A stretch of DNA of 64,000 bases from Deltaproteobacteria bacterium (GTDB lineage: Bacteria; Desulfobacterota; Desulfobacteria; Desulfobacterales; UBA2156). Shown here piece by piece: positions 25,374-34,161 of this stretch. The stretch is taken from positions 13,620 to 77,619 of the forward strand of contig JAFDGC010000001.1 of NCBI GenBank assembly GCA_019309485.1, given 5' to 3'. The translations under genes and the position numbers were made by a program. The notes under the pieces are model-generated. The model searched no databases, was not told the DNA's origin, and saw only the letters and a program-made list of their open reading frames with translations. Positions within the stretch are counted from its first letter, which is position 1, and each line of letters opens with the position of its first letter.

Positions 25374-26953
25374 CTTTTCACGAAATAGTTGCGCATCATG
25401 CCCATATCTTCGCGTTCCAGATTGTGGCAATGGTATAAAAACATCCCCGGGTAGTCATCAAAATCCACCCATATCCGGATACTCTCGCCCGGCATGAGCA
25501 ACACCGTGTCTTTCCATCCTTCATCCACATAGCCGCCATGCGTCACGCCCCTTCGTTCGATGACCCGGAACGGTTTTCCATGCAAATGGATGGGGTGCGG
25601 CATATGCATCATCCCCATCATCCCGCCGCCGGTGTTGTGGAATTCCCAGATCTCCTTTGAGCCCAATTGGACCATTTCGTCCGCGGCCACGTCTTCCATC
25701 TGAAACACCCGCCCATTGATCGACCATTGCATGCGCTGCATGAGAAGATAAAACCGCCGGGGATGGGAAAGATTCACCGCTTCGTCGAGCCGGGGAAGCT
25801 TCATCTCCGCCAGTTTCTCCGGCAGGGACCCGTTTTTTTTCCCGCGCTTGGTCACGTGGATCTTGAAAACAGCAAATCCTGCACCGTCCGGAAGGCGTGG
25901 ATTGAAACCCATCCTTCCCCCCATCATCATGCCGCGCCCCATCCGTCCACCGCCCATTCCTCCGGGGTCGAAAGGCAGGCTGATCAATGCGGTCTTGAAA
26001 CCCACCGGGCGGTCGCTGAAATCGGCCCAGATCTCCAGCCGCTCCCCCGGGCCTAAAAAGGCATACCGGCGTATTACGGGCCTTTCCAAAAGCCCGCCGT
26101 CCGTCCCGATGACGATGAGAGGGCGGCCGTCTTCCCATGCCAACCGGTAGATTCGGGCATTGGACCCGTTCAGCAGGCGCAGCCGATACGCACCGGCGGA
26201 TACCGGGAGGGCAAAATCGGGCAGCCCGTTCACCAGGATCCGATCCCCCAGGAATCCCGTCATCCGCTCCATCATGTGCCCGGACAAATACAACAATTGA
26301 TTGTCCGGACCAAAGCTCCGGTCCTGAATCACCAGCGGCACATCGTATTTTCCGTCGGGCAGGCCCGCGGCGCGCTCCTCGTCGTCGGATACGAGGAAAA
26401 GACCGGCCAAGCCGCGATACACCTGGGAGCCGGTGCGTCCGTGGGGATGCGGATGGAACCAGTAGGTACCGGCTCTGTTTTTGATCGTAAATTCGTAAAG
26501 ATAGGACCGCCCTTGGGGAATCACATCCCGCGGGTGACCGTCCATGACGGCGGGCACATGCAGGCCGTGCCAGTGGACAATGGAGGGTTCCGGGATGGCG
26601 TTGTCAAAGCGGATGCGAATCCTCTCTCCGCGATGCGCCTTGATGATCGGGCCGAGATAGCCATCCGGCATTTCGAGGACGCGGTTTGCGTCTCCTTTAT
26701 GGAGGGTGGCGTGATACCGCCACACCCGGGTGGGGATTCCGGGAAAGACGGCCGCTTCCCCCGGACGTGCCGTAAGGGTCAAATCCAGATCGGGTAAAAA
26801 TGTCTCATCCGGTACCGTCTTTGAAATCCGCTCCGCGGATGCGCAGTTCAACAGCGGCCATATAGCACCGCTGATCAAACCCAGGGTGCCATAACCCGCC
26901 AGTTTCAGGAATCGTCGCCGTTCGTTTTCGGTAAAGACCATGCGCTGTTTCAT
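25370..26953 (-). CDS. Tat-exported three-domain multicopper oxidase (CueO/PcoA-like) with a Met-rich insert
   Basis: ERRRFLKLAG Tat motif. Copper-site motifs HWHGLH, HPHPHG, HPIHLHG and HCHNLEREDMGMM. Insert GGMGGGRMGRGMMMGGRMG. Start trimmed to 26953 (AAGGAG RBS). Confidence 0.9.
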   Translation of the reverse strand: MKQRMVFTENERRRFLKLAGYGTLGLISGAIWPLLNCASAERISKTVPDETFLPDLDLTLTARPGEAAVFPGIPTRVWRYHATLHKGDANRVLEMPDGYLGPIIKAHRGERIRIRFDNAIPEPSIVHWHGLHVPAVMDGHPRDVIPQGRSYLYEFTIKNRAGTYWFHPHPHGRTGSQVYRGLAGLFLVSDDEERAAGLPDGKYDVPLVIQDRSFGPDNQLLYLSGHMMERMTGFLGDRILVNGLPDFALPVSAGAYRLRLLNGSNARIYRLAWEDGRPLIVIGTDGGLLERPVIRRYAFLGPGERLEIWADFSDRPVGFKTALISLPFDPGGMGGGRMGRGMMMGGRMGFNPRLPDGAGFAVFKIHVTKRGKKNGSLPEKLAEMKLPRLDEAVNLSHPRRFYLLMQRMQWSINGRVFQMEDVAADEMVQLGSKEIWEFHNTGGGMMGMMHMPHPIHLHGKPFRVIERRGVTHGGYVDEGWKDTVLLMPGESIRIWVDFDDYPGMFLYHCHNLEREDMGMMRNYFVKS

Positions 26954-27040
26954 TGCATATCTCCTTTGCGGGGCTGTTTTACATCTTTTTTCCCCATTAA
27001 AGCCCGTTTTTTGAACATCTCCTGCTCGGATAAGTCTAAC

Positions 27041-27055
27041 GCAATGCAGATGCCA
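27041..27055 (-). promoter_or_regulatory. Sigma-54 promoter candidate upstream of the multicopper oxidase
   Basis: The minus strand reads TGGCATCTGCATTGC with exact spacing. It lies 88 nt upstream of the start codon. Confidence 0.65.
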
Positions 27056-27255
27056 AAATCCTGAAGCAATTCCCAAAACTTCAAAACAGCTTGTAATCAC
27101 GATATTATTTAGTTGTTATACTCGAGGGGATCAATGACGGCAGGAACGACCAAACGTGTCGATGGGTCTGCAGGACCCACCTTGGTGGAATGGGGATTAC
27201 GGAACGGGTTGTCCTGAAGCGCAGGGTTCACCGGTAAGGAAAAGATCTGTTGGTT

Positions 27256-27312
27256 GAGCGCTTCTTCTTACCCCGCCGTAAAAGGCGGGGCGTGCGGGAA
27301 GGGTTCCGGTCA
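27256..27312 (+). repeat. Half copy D of the repeat family (right hairpin module)
   Basis: gagcgcttcttcttaCCCCGCCgtaaaaGGCGGGGcgtgcGGGAAGggttccggtca. The terminal TCA is the yebC stop codon (TGA on the minus strand). Confidence 0.8.
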
Positions 27313-28056
27313 ATCCATGCCGTTCATCACGTCGTCGGGGATATCGGCGTTGGTGTAAACTTTTTGCACATCGTCGCAGTCCTCCAAGGCCTCCATGAGG
27401 CGCACCATCTGCTCCGCGTCCTTTCCGGAAAGGTTGGCCGTGGTGCTGGGGAGCATGGTGATCTCGCCGACGTCGTATATGACAGCGGCCTCGTCAAGTG
27501 CCGCTTTGACCGGATCGTAATCCTCGGGCGCAGCGATGACCTCGAAATTCCCGTCGTCTTCCCGTACGTCTTCGGCCCCGGCTTCCAGGGCGATTTCCAT
27601 GAGTTTCTCCTCATCCGCCGCCGCCTTGCTGACGACGAAGTACCCCTTCTTGGAGAACATCCATGCCACGCAGCCGTTTTCTCCGAGGCTCCCGCCGTGC
27701 TTGGAAAACAGGTGCCGGATTTCGGAAACGGCCCGGTTCTTGTTGTCCGTAAGGGATTCCACCAGGATGGCGGCCCCGCCGGGGCCGTACCCTTCGTAGA
27801 TGCTCTCTTCGTAGCTGACGCCCTCCAGTTCGCCGGTCCCTTTCTTGACGGCCCTCTCGATGTTGTCCTTGGGCATGTTCTCGGCCTTGGCCGCCGCGAT
27901 GGCCTGGCGCAGGCGGGGGTTCCCGGCCGGATCCCCGCCCCCGGTGCGTGCGGCCACGGTGATTTCCTTGATCAGTTTGGTGAATACTTTCCCCCGGCGG
28001 GCGTCCGCCGCGCCTTTCTTATGTTTGATAGTGGACCACTTGCTATGCCCCGACAT
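27310..28056 (-). CDS. yebC: YebC/PmpR-family transcriptional regulator
   Basis: [32 protein letters not shown] is the hallmark N-terminus. Confidence 0.93.
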   Translation of the reverse strand: MSGHSKWSTIKHKKGAADARRGKVFTKLIKEITVAARTGGGDPAGNPRLRQAIAAAKAENMPKDNIERAVKKGTGELEGVSYEESIYEGYGPGGAAILVESLTDNKNRAVSEIRHLFSKHGGSLGENGCVAWMFSKKGYFVVSKAAADEEKLMEIALEAGAEDVREDDGNFEVIAAPEDYDPVKAALDEAAVIYDVGEITMLPSTTANLSGKDAEQMVRLMEALEDCDDVQKVYTNADIPDDVMNGMD

Positions 28057-28070
28057 GTTTTCCTCCTCGT

Positions 28071-28184
28071 TGTGGAGCCCCCCGCCCTGAAGGGTGAGGC
28101 CCCCGGTACGGTAATTACCTGTTTCGGGATAGCTTCCCTCGACCCTGCCTTAAAAGGCGGGGCTTGCGGGAAGCGTTCCGGTCA
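28071..28184 (+). repeat. Two-hairpin composite repeat, full copy B
   Basis: Aligns along its whole length with copy A. The left hairpin is slightly degenerate (ccgccctgaagggtgagg). The terminal ggTCA provides the rlmE stop codon. Confidence 0.9.
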
Positions 28185-28802
28185 CTTTTTCCCCGTCGCC
28201 ACGATGTAGATCTCCCGGCTCGCCTTCCGACTCGCCGCCGGTTTGAAAAGCTTGACGCCGGCAAACGCTTCGGCCACGGTCTCCGTAAAGGCCTTGGCGT
28301 CTGCTCCGAAAAATATCTTGCACACAAAGGAGCCCCCCGGCGTAAGGCGCGCCTGTGCGATGGAAAAGGCCTGATCGCACAATTGCAGGGAGCGAGCCGC
28401 ATCCACGTCCCTGGCCCCGGTGGTGTCCGGCGCCATGTCGGAGAGCACCACGTCGAAATTTTCTCCCACCGCATCCCAGTCGGCGGGATCCTCGGAAAAA
28501 ACATCCATCACGAAGGCCGCGACAAACGGCGGCAGGGAGACGGTCACGGCTTTCAGGTCCAGTCCAGTCACCCATCCTCGGGGTCCCGTCAACTCGGCCG
28601 CATACAATAGCCACGACCCCGGCGCGCATCCCAAGTCCAGGACCCGGCGCCCCTTCTTGATGAGCCGGAATTTCCGCTGGATCTCCTGGAGTTTGAAGAC
28701 CGACCGGGCCGGGTACCCGGTCTTTTGGGCCGCATGGGTATAATGATCGCTCCAGGAATCCTTCTTGAATCCGCCCGGACGGGTGCGTCGTCTTGCCGCC
28801 AT
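28182..28802 (-). CDS. rlmE: 23S rRNA U2552 2'-O-methyltransferase RlmE (FtsJ)
   Basis: YPARSVFKLQEIQRKFRLIKKGRRVLDLGCAPGSW and DVVLSDMAP motifs. Confidence 0.9.
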   Translation of the reverse strand: MAARRRTRPGGFKKDSWSDHYTHAAQKTGYPARSVFKLQEIQRKFRLIKKGRRVLDLGCAPGSWLLYAAELTGPRGWVTGLDLKAVTVSLPPFVAAFVMDVFSEDPADWDAVGENFDVVLSDMAPDTTGARDVDAARSLQLCDQAFSIAQARLTPGGSFVCKIFFGADAKAFTETVAEAFAGVKLFKPAASRKASREIYIVATGKK

Positions 28803-28817
28803 ACGGTTATCCGATCT

Positions 28818-30185
28818 TCACCGGTGAAAGAGGACTTCGGCCGCTTCGGAAACGGTTTGCACGCCGATCAACTGTATCCCGTCCGTGTTGGGCATCCGCT
28901 TCAGGGTGGTGGCCGGGAGCAGGCAGCGGGAAAAGCCCATCTTCTTGGCTTCGGCCACCCGGGCTTCGGCGTGGCCGATGGCCCGCACCTCGCCGGTGAG
29001 GCCCACTTCTCCCAGGACCACGGTTTCTCCGGAAACCGGGACATCCAGGAAACCGGACCCCACGGCCGTGACGACCCCCAGGTCCACGGCAGGCTCGTCC
29101 ACCCGGACCCCTCCGGCCACGTTCATGAAGATGTCCAGGCCCATGAGGGCCATGCCCATTTTCTTTTCCATCACGGCCACCAGAAGGGCCACCCGGTTGG
29201 GATCGAGCCCCAGGACAGTGCGCCGCGGATTCGCCAAATACGACGGGGAAACCAGGGACTGGAGTTCCACCAGGATGGGCCGGGTCCCTTCCAGGCTGGC
29301 CGTGACCACGGAACCCGGGGATCCGGCCGGACGCTCCGAAAGAAAGGCCGCGGAAGGATTCGCCACCTCGGCCAGGCCCTGTTCCTTCATCTCGAAGACC
29401 CCGATTTCGTTGGTGGAGCCGAACCGGTTCTTCACGGCCCGCAGGATTCGGTACACATGGTTTTTATCCCCTTCGAAATACAGGACCGTGTCCACCATGT
29501 GCTCCAAAAGCCGCGGCCCGGCGATGGCCCCTTCCTTGGTCACGTGTCCCACCACGAAGATCGGGACGGCGGTGCGCTTGGCCGTGAGCATGAGCCGCAC
29601 CGCGGTCTCCCGCACCTGGCTTACGCTTCCCGGGGCCGAAGCGATCTCCGGGTTGAACATGGTCTGTACCGAATCCACCACCAGGACATCCGGCTTGACG
29701 GAATCCACCATGGACAGGACCGCGTTCATGTCGATCTCGGAGACCACCAGGATCCCGGAGGAGACGGTCTGAAGCCGGCGGCTGCGCATACTGACCTGGG
29801 TCACCGATTCCTCCCCCGAGACGTATAAGACCCGACATCCCTCTTCGGCCAAGCCGTAAAGGGCCTGGAGCATGAGAGTGGATTTACCGATACCGGGGTC
29901 TCCGCCGATGAGAACCAAACTTCCGGGAACCAGGCCGCCTCCGAGGACCCGGTCGAACTCGGCGATAGCCGTGGAAAACCGTGTCACATCTTCGGCGGAA
30001 ACAGAATCCAGGGCCACGGGTTCCGGGTGCAGCGCGGCGATGCCCTCCCGCACGGCCGGCTCCCGGCGTTGCATTTCTTCCACGAAGGAATCCCACCGGC
30101 CGCACTCCGGACATTTCCCCATCCATTTCAGGGTCTGGTGTCCGCAGGACTGGCAGACGAATACTGTTTTTTCGTTTTTTTTCAT
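28818..30185 (-). CDS. radA: DNA repair protein RadA/Sms
   Basis: Start trimmed to MKKNEKTVFVCQSCGH (zinc finger). GDPGIGKST Walker A and a Lon-like C-terminal domain. The ORF-track 5' extension to 30908 overlaps the plus-strand PHP gene. Confidence 0.92.
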   Translation of the reverse strand: MKKNEKTVFVCQSCGHQTLKWMGKCPECGRWDSFVEEMQRREPAVREGIAALHPEPVALDSVSAEDVTRFSTAIAEFDRVLGGGLVPGSLVLIGGDPGIGKSTLMLQALYGLAEEGCRVLYVSGEESVTQVSMRSRRLQTVSSGILVVSEIDMNAVLSMVDSVKPDVLVVDSVQTMFNPEIASAPGSVSQVRETAVRLMLTAKRTAVPIFVVGHVTKEGAIAGPRLLEHMVDTVLYFEGDKNHVYRILRAVKNRFGSTNEIGVFEMKEQGLAEVANPSAAFLSERPAGSPGSVVTASLEGTRPILVELQSLVSPSYLANPRRTVLGLDPNRVALLVAVMEKKMGMALMGLDIFMNVAGGVRVDEPAVDLGVVTAVGSGFLDVPVSGETVVLGEVGLTGEVRAIGHAEARVAEAKKMGFSRCLLPATTLKRMPNTDGIQLIGVQTVSEAAEVLFHR

Positions 30186-30293
30186 CAAAATCCGCTCGTT
30201 ATGATTTAAGCCCCGATGGGGTTTGACAAAGGGTTCCATATCATGCCACAAATCGGGCATCAAGATAAGGAATGGAGCCCCTGGAAAAGACCC

Positions 30294-31166
30294 ATGATCG
30301 ATTACCATATCCACACCCCCCTTTGTGACCATGCCGAAGGCTCCATGGAGGCCTGCGTGCGGCAGGGCATTTCCCTGGGGCTTTTGGAAATCTGCTTTCT
30401 GGATCATCTCACGGTGCGGTCCGAGGAAAAACCCAAATCCATGACGCCGGAAGAAGTCCCCCTGTATCTGAACGCCGTCAAGACGCTCAAGGATCGATAC
30501 AATGGAAAAATCGCCGTCAAGGCAGGCCTGGAAGTGGACTACAATCCCGATGCCATGGAGACCGTGCTTAAAATCCTCGATACCTTTGACTTGGACGTAG
30601 TGGCCTCTTCCGTTCATTTTCTGAACGATATAGACGTGGTCAGCCATTCCGCGGCCGCCGGGCAAGCCCGTATGGATCCGGACGCGCTCTTTGCCCGGTA
30701 CCTGGAGACGCTTTACCGGATGTGCCGGCTTGACTTTTTCGATGTGATCTGCCACGTGGACCTGATCAAAAAGTTCGGCAGGCGGACATCCAGCGATTTT
30801 CAGGCGGAAATCGAAGACATCCTTTCTTTGATCCGGGAGCAAGGCCATGTGGTGGAGGTGAACACCAGCGGGCTCGACCATCCCGTGGGGGAAATCTATC
30901 CTTCCCAACGTCTCCTTGCGGGATGCCGGGAAAAGGGGATTCCCGTCACCTTAGGATCGGACGCTCACCGCCCGGAAGCCGTGGGCGGGCATCGGGCGGA
31001 AGGACTCGCCGCTGTCCGAAACGCCGGTTACCAAACCCTGACCGGATTCACCCGGCGCATCGCCTACGCCATCGACATCGACACGAACCCGAAAGCGGAT
31101 CTTCTGGAAAAACGTGCTGAAACCATCGACTTCTCGAAACGGGGCAATCCGAAATCCCATGTCTGA
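30294..31166 (+). CDS. HisJ-family histidinol-phosphatase-like PHP-domain protein
   Basis: MIDYHIHTPLCDHAEG plus later HxDL and TLGSDAH motifs. Confidence 0.8.
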   Translation: MIDYHIHTPLCDHAEGSMEACVRQGISLGLLEICFLDHLTVRSEEKPKSMTPEEVPLYLNAVKTLKDRYNGKIAVKAGLEVDYNPDAMETVLKILDTFDLDVVASSVHFLNDIDVVSHSAAAGQARMDPDALFARYLETLYRMCRLDFFDVICHVDLIKKFGRRTSSDFQAEIEDILSLIREQGHVVEVNTSGLDHPVGEIYPSQRLLAGCREKGIPVTLGSDAHRPEAVGGHRAEGLAAVRNAGYQTLTGFTRRIAYAIDIDTNPKADLLEKRAETIDFSKRGNPKSHV

Positions 31167-32052
31167 ATCCGGCGGCCCGTTTTTCCAACGTTTTCGGCGG
31201 ACGGCCGTCCTCGGTGTGATCCTCGCCGCCGCATTGCTTTTCTGCCTGGCATCGGTCTCACGTTCCCAGATCCCCCAACCCTTTTCATCCTTGAAGAAAC
31301 GACTCGTGGCCGATGGATTTGATGCCAAATCCATCGAGGCCATCTACGCCGATCCCCGGGTGAAGGAAGACGTCCAGATGGTGCGCGTCTTTTTCAAATA
31401 CCGGGAAGCCAGGCTGGACTACGGACAGTTCACCACCCCGCCCGCCATCCGGAAGGCCAAAGCCTATATGCAAAGGCACAAAGTCTCCCTTGACGCGGTG
31501 GAACAGCGCTACGGTGTGGACAAAACTGTCATCGCCGCCATTCTTCTGGTGGAAACCCGGCTGGGGGCCTCCGTGGGAAAACGCTCCGTTTTGAACACCC
31601 TGTCCACGCTGGCCGCGCTCTCGGATGCCGTGGTCCGGGATGCCTTTTTCAAAGCGGTCTCCCGGAAGGTTTCCGTCGACCCGGAAAAATTTAAGGAGTG
31701 GGCCCAAAAAAAATCCAAATGGGCTTACAAGGAACTGACCGCCTTTCTCCGGTACACCTCCCGGGAAGAGATGGATCCGGTCAGTGTTCCCGGTTCTTTT
31801 GCCGGCGCCCTGGGGATCGCCCAGTTCATGCCCACCAGCATCCTGGCCTATGCCGAAGACGGAAATGAGGACGGCCGCGTGGATCTGTTCGACCATGCCG
31901 ATGCCGCGGCCAGTATTGCCAGCTACCTCAAGGGCTTCGGCTGGCGGCCGGGCATCGACCGGCAAAGGGCCTCCAAGATCATCTTCCGGTACAATCGAAG
32001 TCGCTATTATGTGGACACGGTCCTTAAGATCAGCGCGTTGCTGAAAGGATGA
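31159..32052 (+). CDS. Lytic murein transglycosylase (MltB/SLT_2-like)
   Basis: Signal/anchor sequence, then VIAAILLVETRLG and GALGIAQFMPTS motifs. The ATG overlaps the upstream stop (ATGTCTGA). Confidence 0.8.
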   Translation: MSESGGPFFQRFRRTAVLGVILAAALLFCLASVSRSQIPQPFSSLKKRLVADGFDAKSIEAIYADPRVKEDVQMVRVFFKYREARLDYGQFTTPPAIRKAKAYMQRHKVSLDAVEQRYGVDKTVIAAILLVETRLGASVGKRSVLNTLSTLAALSDAVVRDAFFKAVSRKVSVDPEKFKEWAQKKSKWAYKELTAFLRYTSREEMDPVSVPGSFAGALGIAQFMPTSILAYAEDGNEDGRVDLFDHADAAASIASYLKGFGWRPGIDRQRASKIIFRYNRSRYYVDTVLKISALLKG

Positions 32053-32291
32053 CGGACATGGACTGGGAAACCGCGCGGGTGTGGCTCAAGATCGGCCTCG
32101 TCTTTTTCATTCTCACCCTTTTGGCCGTCCTCGACGTCGCCCGAAAGGACTTCGGCACCATCGGCAAAAAGGCGGCCTGGGGTGTCATCGCCATGCTTCC
32201 TTTCATCGGCTGGCTGATTTATCTTGTCTTCGGGTTCCGAAAGGGAAAGAGGCCTTCCCTTACTGACCCCGGAAACGACTCGAAATTGTAA
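32049..32291 (+). CDS. PLD-nuclease N-terminal (PLDc_N) small membrane protein
   Basis: 80 aa with two TMs. WGVIAMLPFIGWLIYLVFGFRKG is typical. Confidence 0.65.
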   Translation: MTDMDWETARVWLKIGLVFFILTLLAVLDVARKDFGTIGKKAAWGVIAMLPFIGWLIYLVFGFRKGKRPSLTDPGNDSKL

Positions 32292-32341
32292 TTGACAACG
32301 ATCGGGCCTTCGAATAATTTATTCTTATTTCGCTCATCATG

Positions 32342-32417
32342 GGTCCCATCGTCTAGTGGCCTAGGACGCCGGCCTCTCACGCCGGAAACACGGGTTCGAG
32401 TCCCGTTGGGACCACCA
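32342..32417 (+). tRNA. tRNA-Glu (anticodon CUC)
   Basis: Manual cloverleaf: acceptor GGTCCCA/TGGGACC, D-arm GTC-TAGTGGCCTAG-GAC, anticodon stem CCGGC/GCCGG with loop CTCTCAC, T-arm ACGGG-TTCGAGT-CCCGT, discriminator A and encoded CCA. It closely parallels E. coli tRNA-Glu. Confidence 0.9.
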
Positions 32418-32440
32418 GCAAGCCGGATAAACATAAAAAA

Positions 32441-32479
32441 GCCGTCTCTCTGCGGAATCTCTCCGGAGACGGCTTTTTT
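32441..32479 (+). terminator. Rho-independent terminator after tRNA-Glu; the upstream A-tract makes it potentially bidirectional
   Basis: GCCGTCTC...GAGACGGC stem followed by TTTTTT and preceded by AAAAAA. Confidence 0.8.
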
Positions 32480-32665
32480 ATGTCCACGCCGCTGTATTTA
32501 TGTCGTAAAAAATGGATGCATTCCGCCACCTATTCGGAAAGGGGAGTCTGAGAAAAATGAAAAGCCGAGAGTGCGTGAAGAGATCCGCGGAATCCGTCCT
32601 TTTAGAGATGCATGAGACATATCCTGCCCTTTTTCCAGACTGAGGCCGGGGATGGCGGCCGTCCA

Positions 32666-34048
32666 TCAGGGGACCAGAAGCGGCGTCAGAGCCCGAACAG
32701 AATCGAGGGTGTCGAGGTCCTCAAGAACAAGGGTGCAGATCTTTTCGGCCTTTTCTTTTCCAATGACCGGTTCGGTCAATGTCTCGAATTTTTTGAAAAG
32801 TTCGGCTTCCGTCATGGGGTTTCGGGGATCACCCCTGGGAATCCGGACGGTCCGAGTGTAGGCCGTTCCCGACCGATCCAGGATCGTCACCTTCGAGAGG
32901 AGCTCCCGGTTCACCAGGGGATAGAGAAGACTGGCTTCGTCCCATTCGGCAAAAACCACCTTTCGGGCGGTTTTCAAGAGGGACCCATCCTTGAGCCGGA
33001 CTTCACTGAGCCATTCGGGCCCCGGAGGGACACGATGGAGCACCAGAGCCACCAGGTAGGGCGCACTGAAGACCACGTCAAAAGGAAGGACGGGCAGGGC
33101 CGTGTAGTCGTTGACGACTTCATAAAAGGTCTCCACCGTGACCCGATGGATGGCTTCGGGGGAAACCGGATGTTCCGATATCACGGCGGTAACGGCGTCC
33201 AGGGTGGGGTGGATGTGGCGGCAGGCCGGATAGGGCTTGGTATGGACCTTGAGAATGAAATACCTATCCAGGGGCGCGTGGAGGGCGTCATCGTCACACC
33301 GGTCCGAAGAGGCCATGATCCAGAACCCGTCGTCCCCGTCGAAGATGGTGGTGTCCGCGATGAAACCGTTTTTCGCCAACACCGCCGAAAGGACGCCCCC
33401 GTAAGACGTATAGCCGAAGTTGTTTTTGAGCCACTGGATCCTGCCGTCGAGAAAGCCCCATTTGCGCAAAGACGGTACTGAAGCGTGAATGGCGGCATGC
33501 CCCAGGGCATGCGCGGTCTCTTCCATTGTCAGCTTCAACAGCTTGGCGGCCGTGGTGGCGGCGCAGAAGATCTGCCAGGTATTGATCCCCCGGACCTGCC
33601 GGGTTCTCTCCGGCGTGGGTTTGATCCCGTTGGAAACCCGGATGCCGATCTCATACCCTGCCGCCACCGCTTCGATGAGCTCTTTTCCGCTCACGGCGTC
33701 CCGCTCCCCCAGGCTCAGGGCCACCGGCACGATGGTGGATCCCGGGTGGCCGTCGTAGGTATCGTCCAGGTCCAGTGTCGTGGCCAGGTAGGCGTTCACG
33801 TAAACGGCGTTCAGGAGGGGAAGGCGGTACCGAGTGCCGTAAACACCGGCCTCCGGCACCCCGCCCATGGCGCCGTAAATGTCGATGATCTTCTTTCCCT
33901 GCACCGGCAGGGTGCCGCCGATCATGCAGGCGATGGAATCGAGGATGAGGGCCTTTGCCTTTGCAACGACCTCCGGCGGAAGGGTTTCGTACCGGATCCT
34001 TTCGGCAAGGCCGGCCAGAATATAGGTGGTACGGGAGGTTTTTTCCAC
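32666..34048 (-). CDS. MmgE/PrpD-family protein (2-methylcitrate dehydratase-like)
   Basis: 460 aa. The N-terminal LAERIRYETLPPEVVAKAKALILDSIACMIGG is typical of the family. Confidence 0.85.
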   Translation of the reverse strand: MEKTSRTTYILAGLAERIRYETLPPEVVAKAKALILDSIACMIGGTLPVQGKKIIDIYGAMGGVPEAGVYGTRYRLPLLNAVYVNAYLATTLDLDDTYDGHPGSTIVPVALSLGERDAVSGKELIEAVAAGYEIGIRVSNGIKPTPERTRQVRGINTWQIFCAATTAAKLLKLTMEETAHALGHAAIHASVPSLRKWGFLDGRIQWLKNNFGYTSYGGVLSAVLAKNGFIADTTIFDGDDGFWIMASSDRCDDDALHAPLDRYFILKVHTKPYPACRHIHPTLDAVTAVISEHPVSPEAIHRVTVETFYEVVNDYTALPVLPFDVVFSAPYLVALVLHRVPPGPEWLSEVRLKDGSLLKTARKVVFAEWDEASLLYPLVNRELLSKVTILDRSGTAYTRTVRIPRGDPRNPMTEAELFKKFETLTEPVIGKEKAEKICTLVLEDLDTLDSVRALTPLLVP

Positions 34049-34161
34049 TTTGACCGTTTTGGGCTTTTATGCTTTCTACTGTTGCATTTTTTAAGTTGCG
34101 GCCGGATATAAAATCCGGCCGCACACCCTGCCCTGCAATGCCGCGATTCGGCGGCATGCGG

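Noticed and set aside
30186-30908. 5' extension of the radA ORF (the track gives 696 aa)
   Set aside because: RadA homologues start at the zinc finger (MKKNEKTVFVCQSCGH, ATG at 30185). The extension overlaps the plus-strand PHP phosphatase gene and has no RadA-like sequence.
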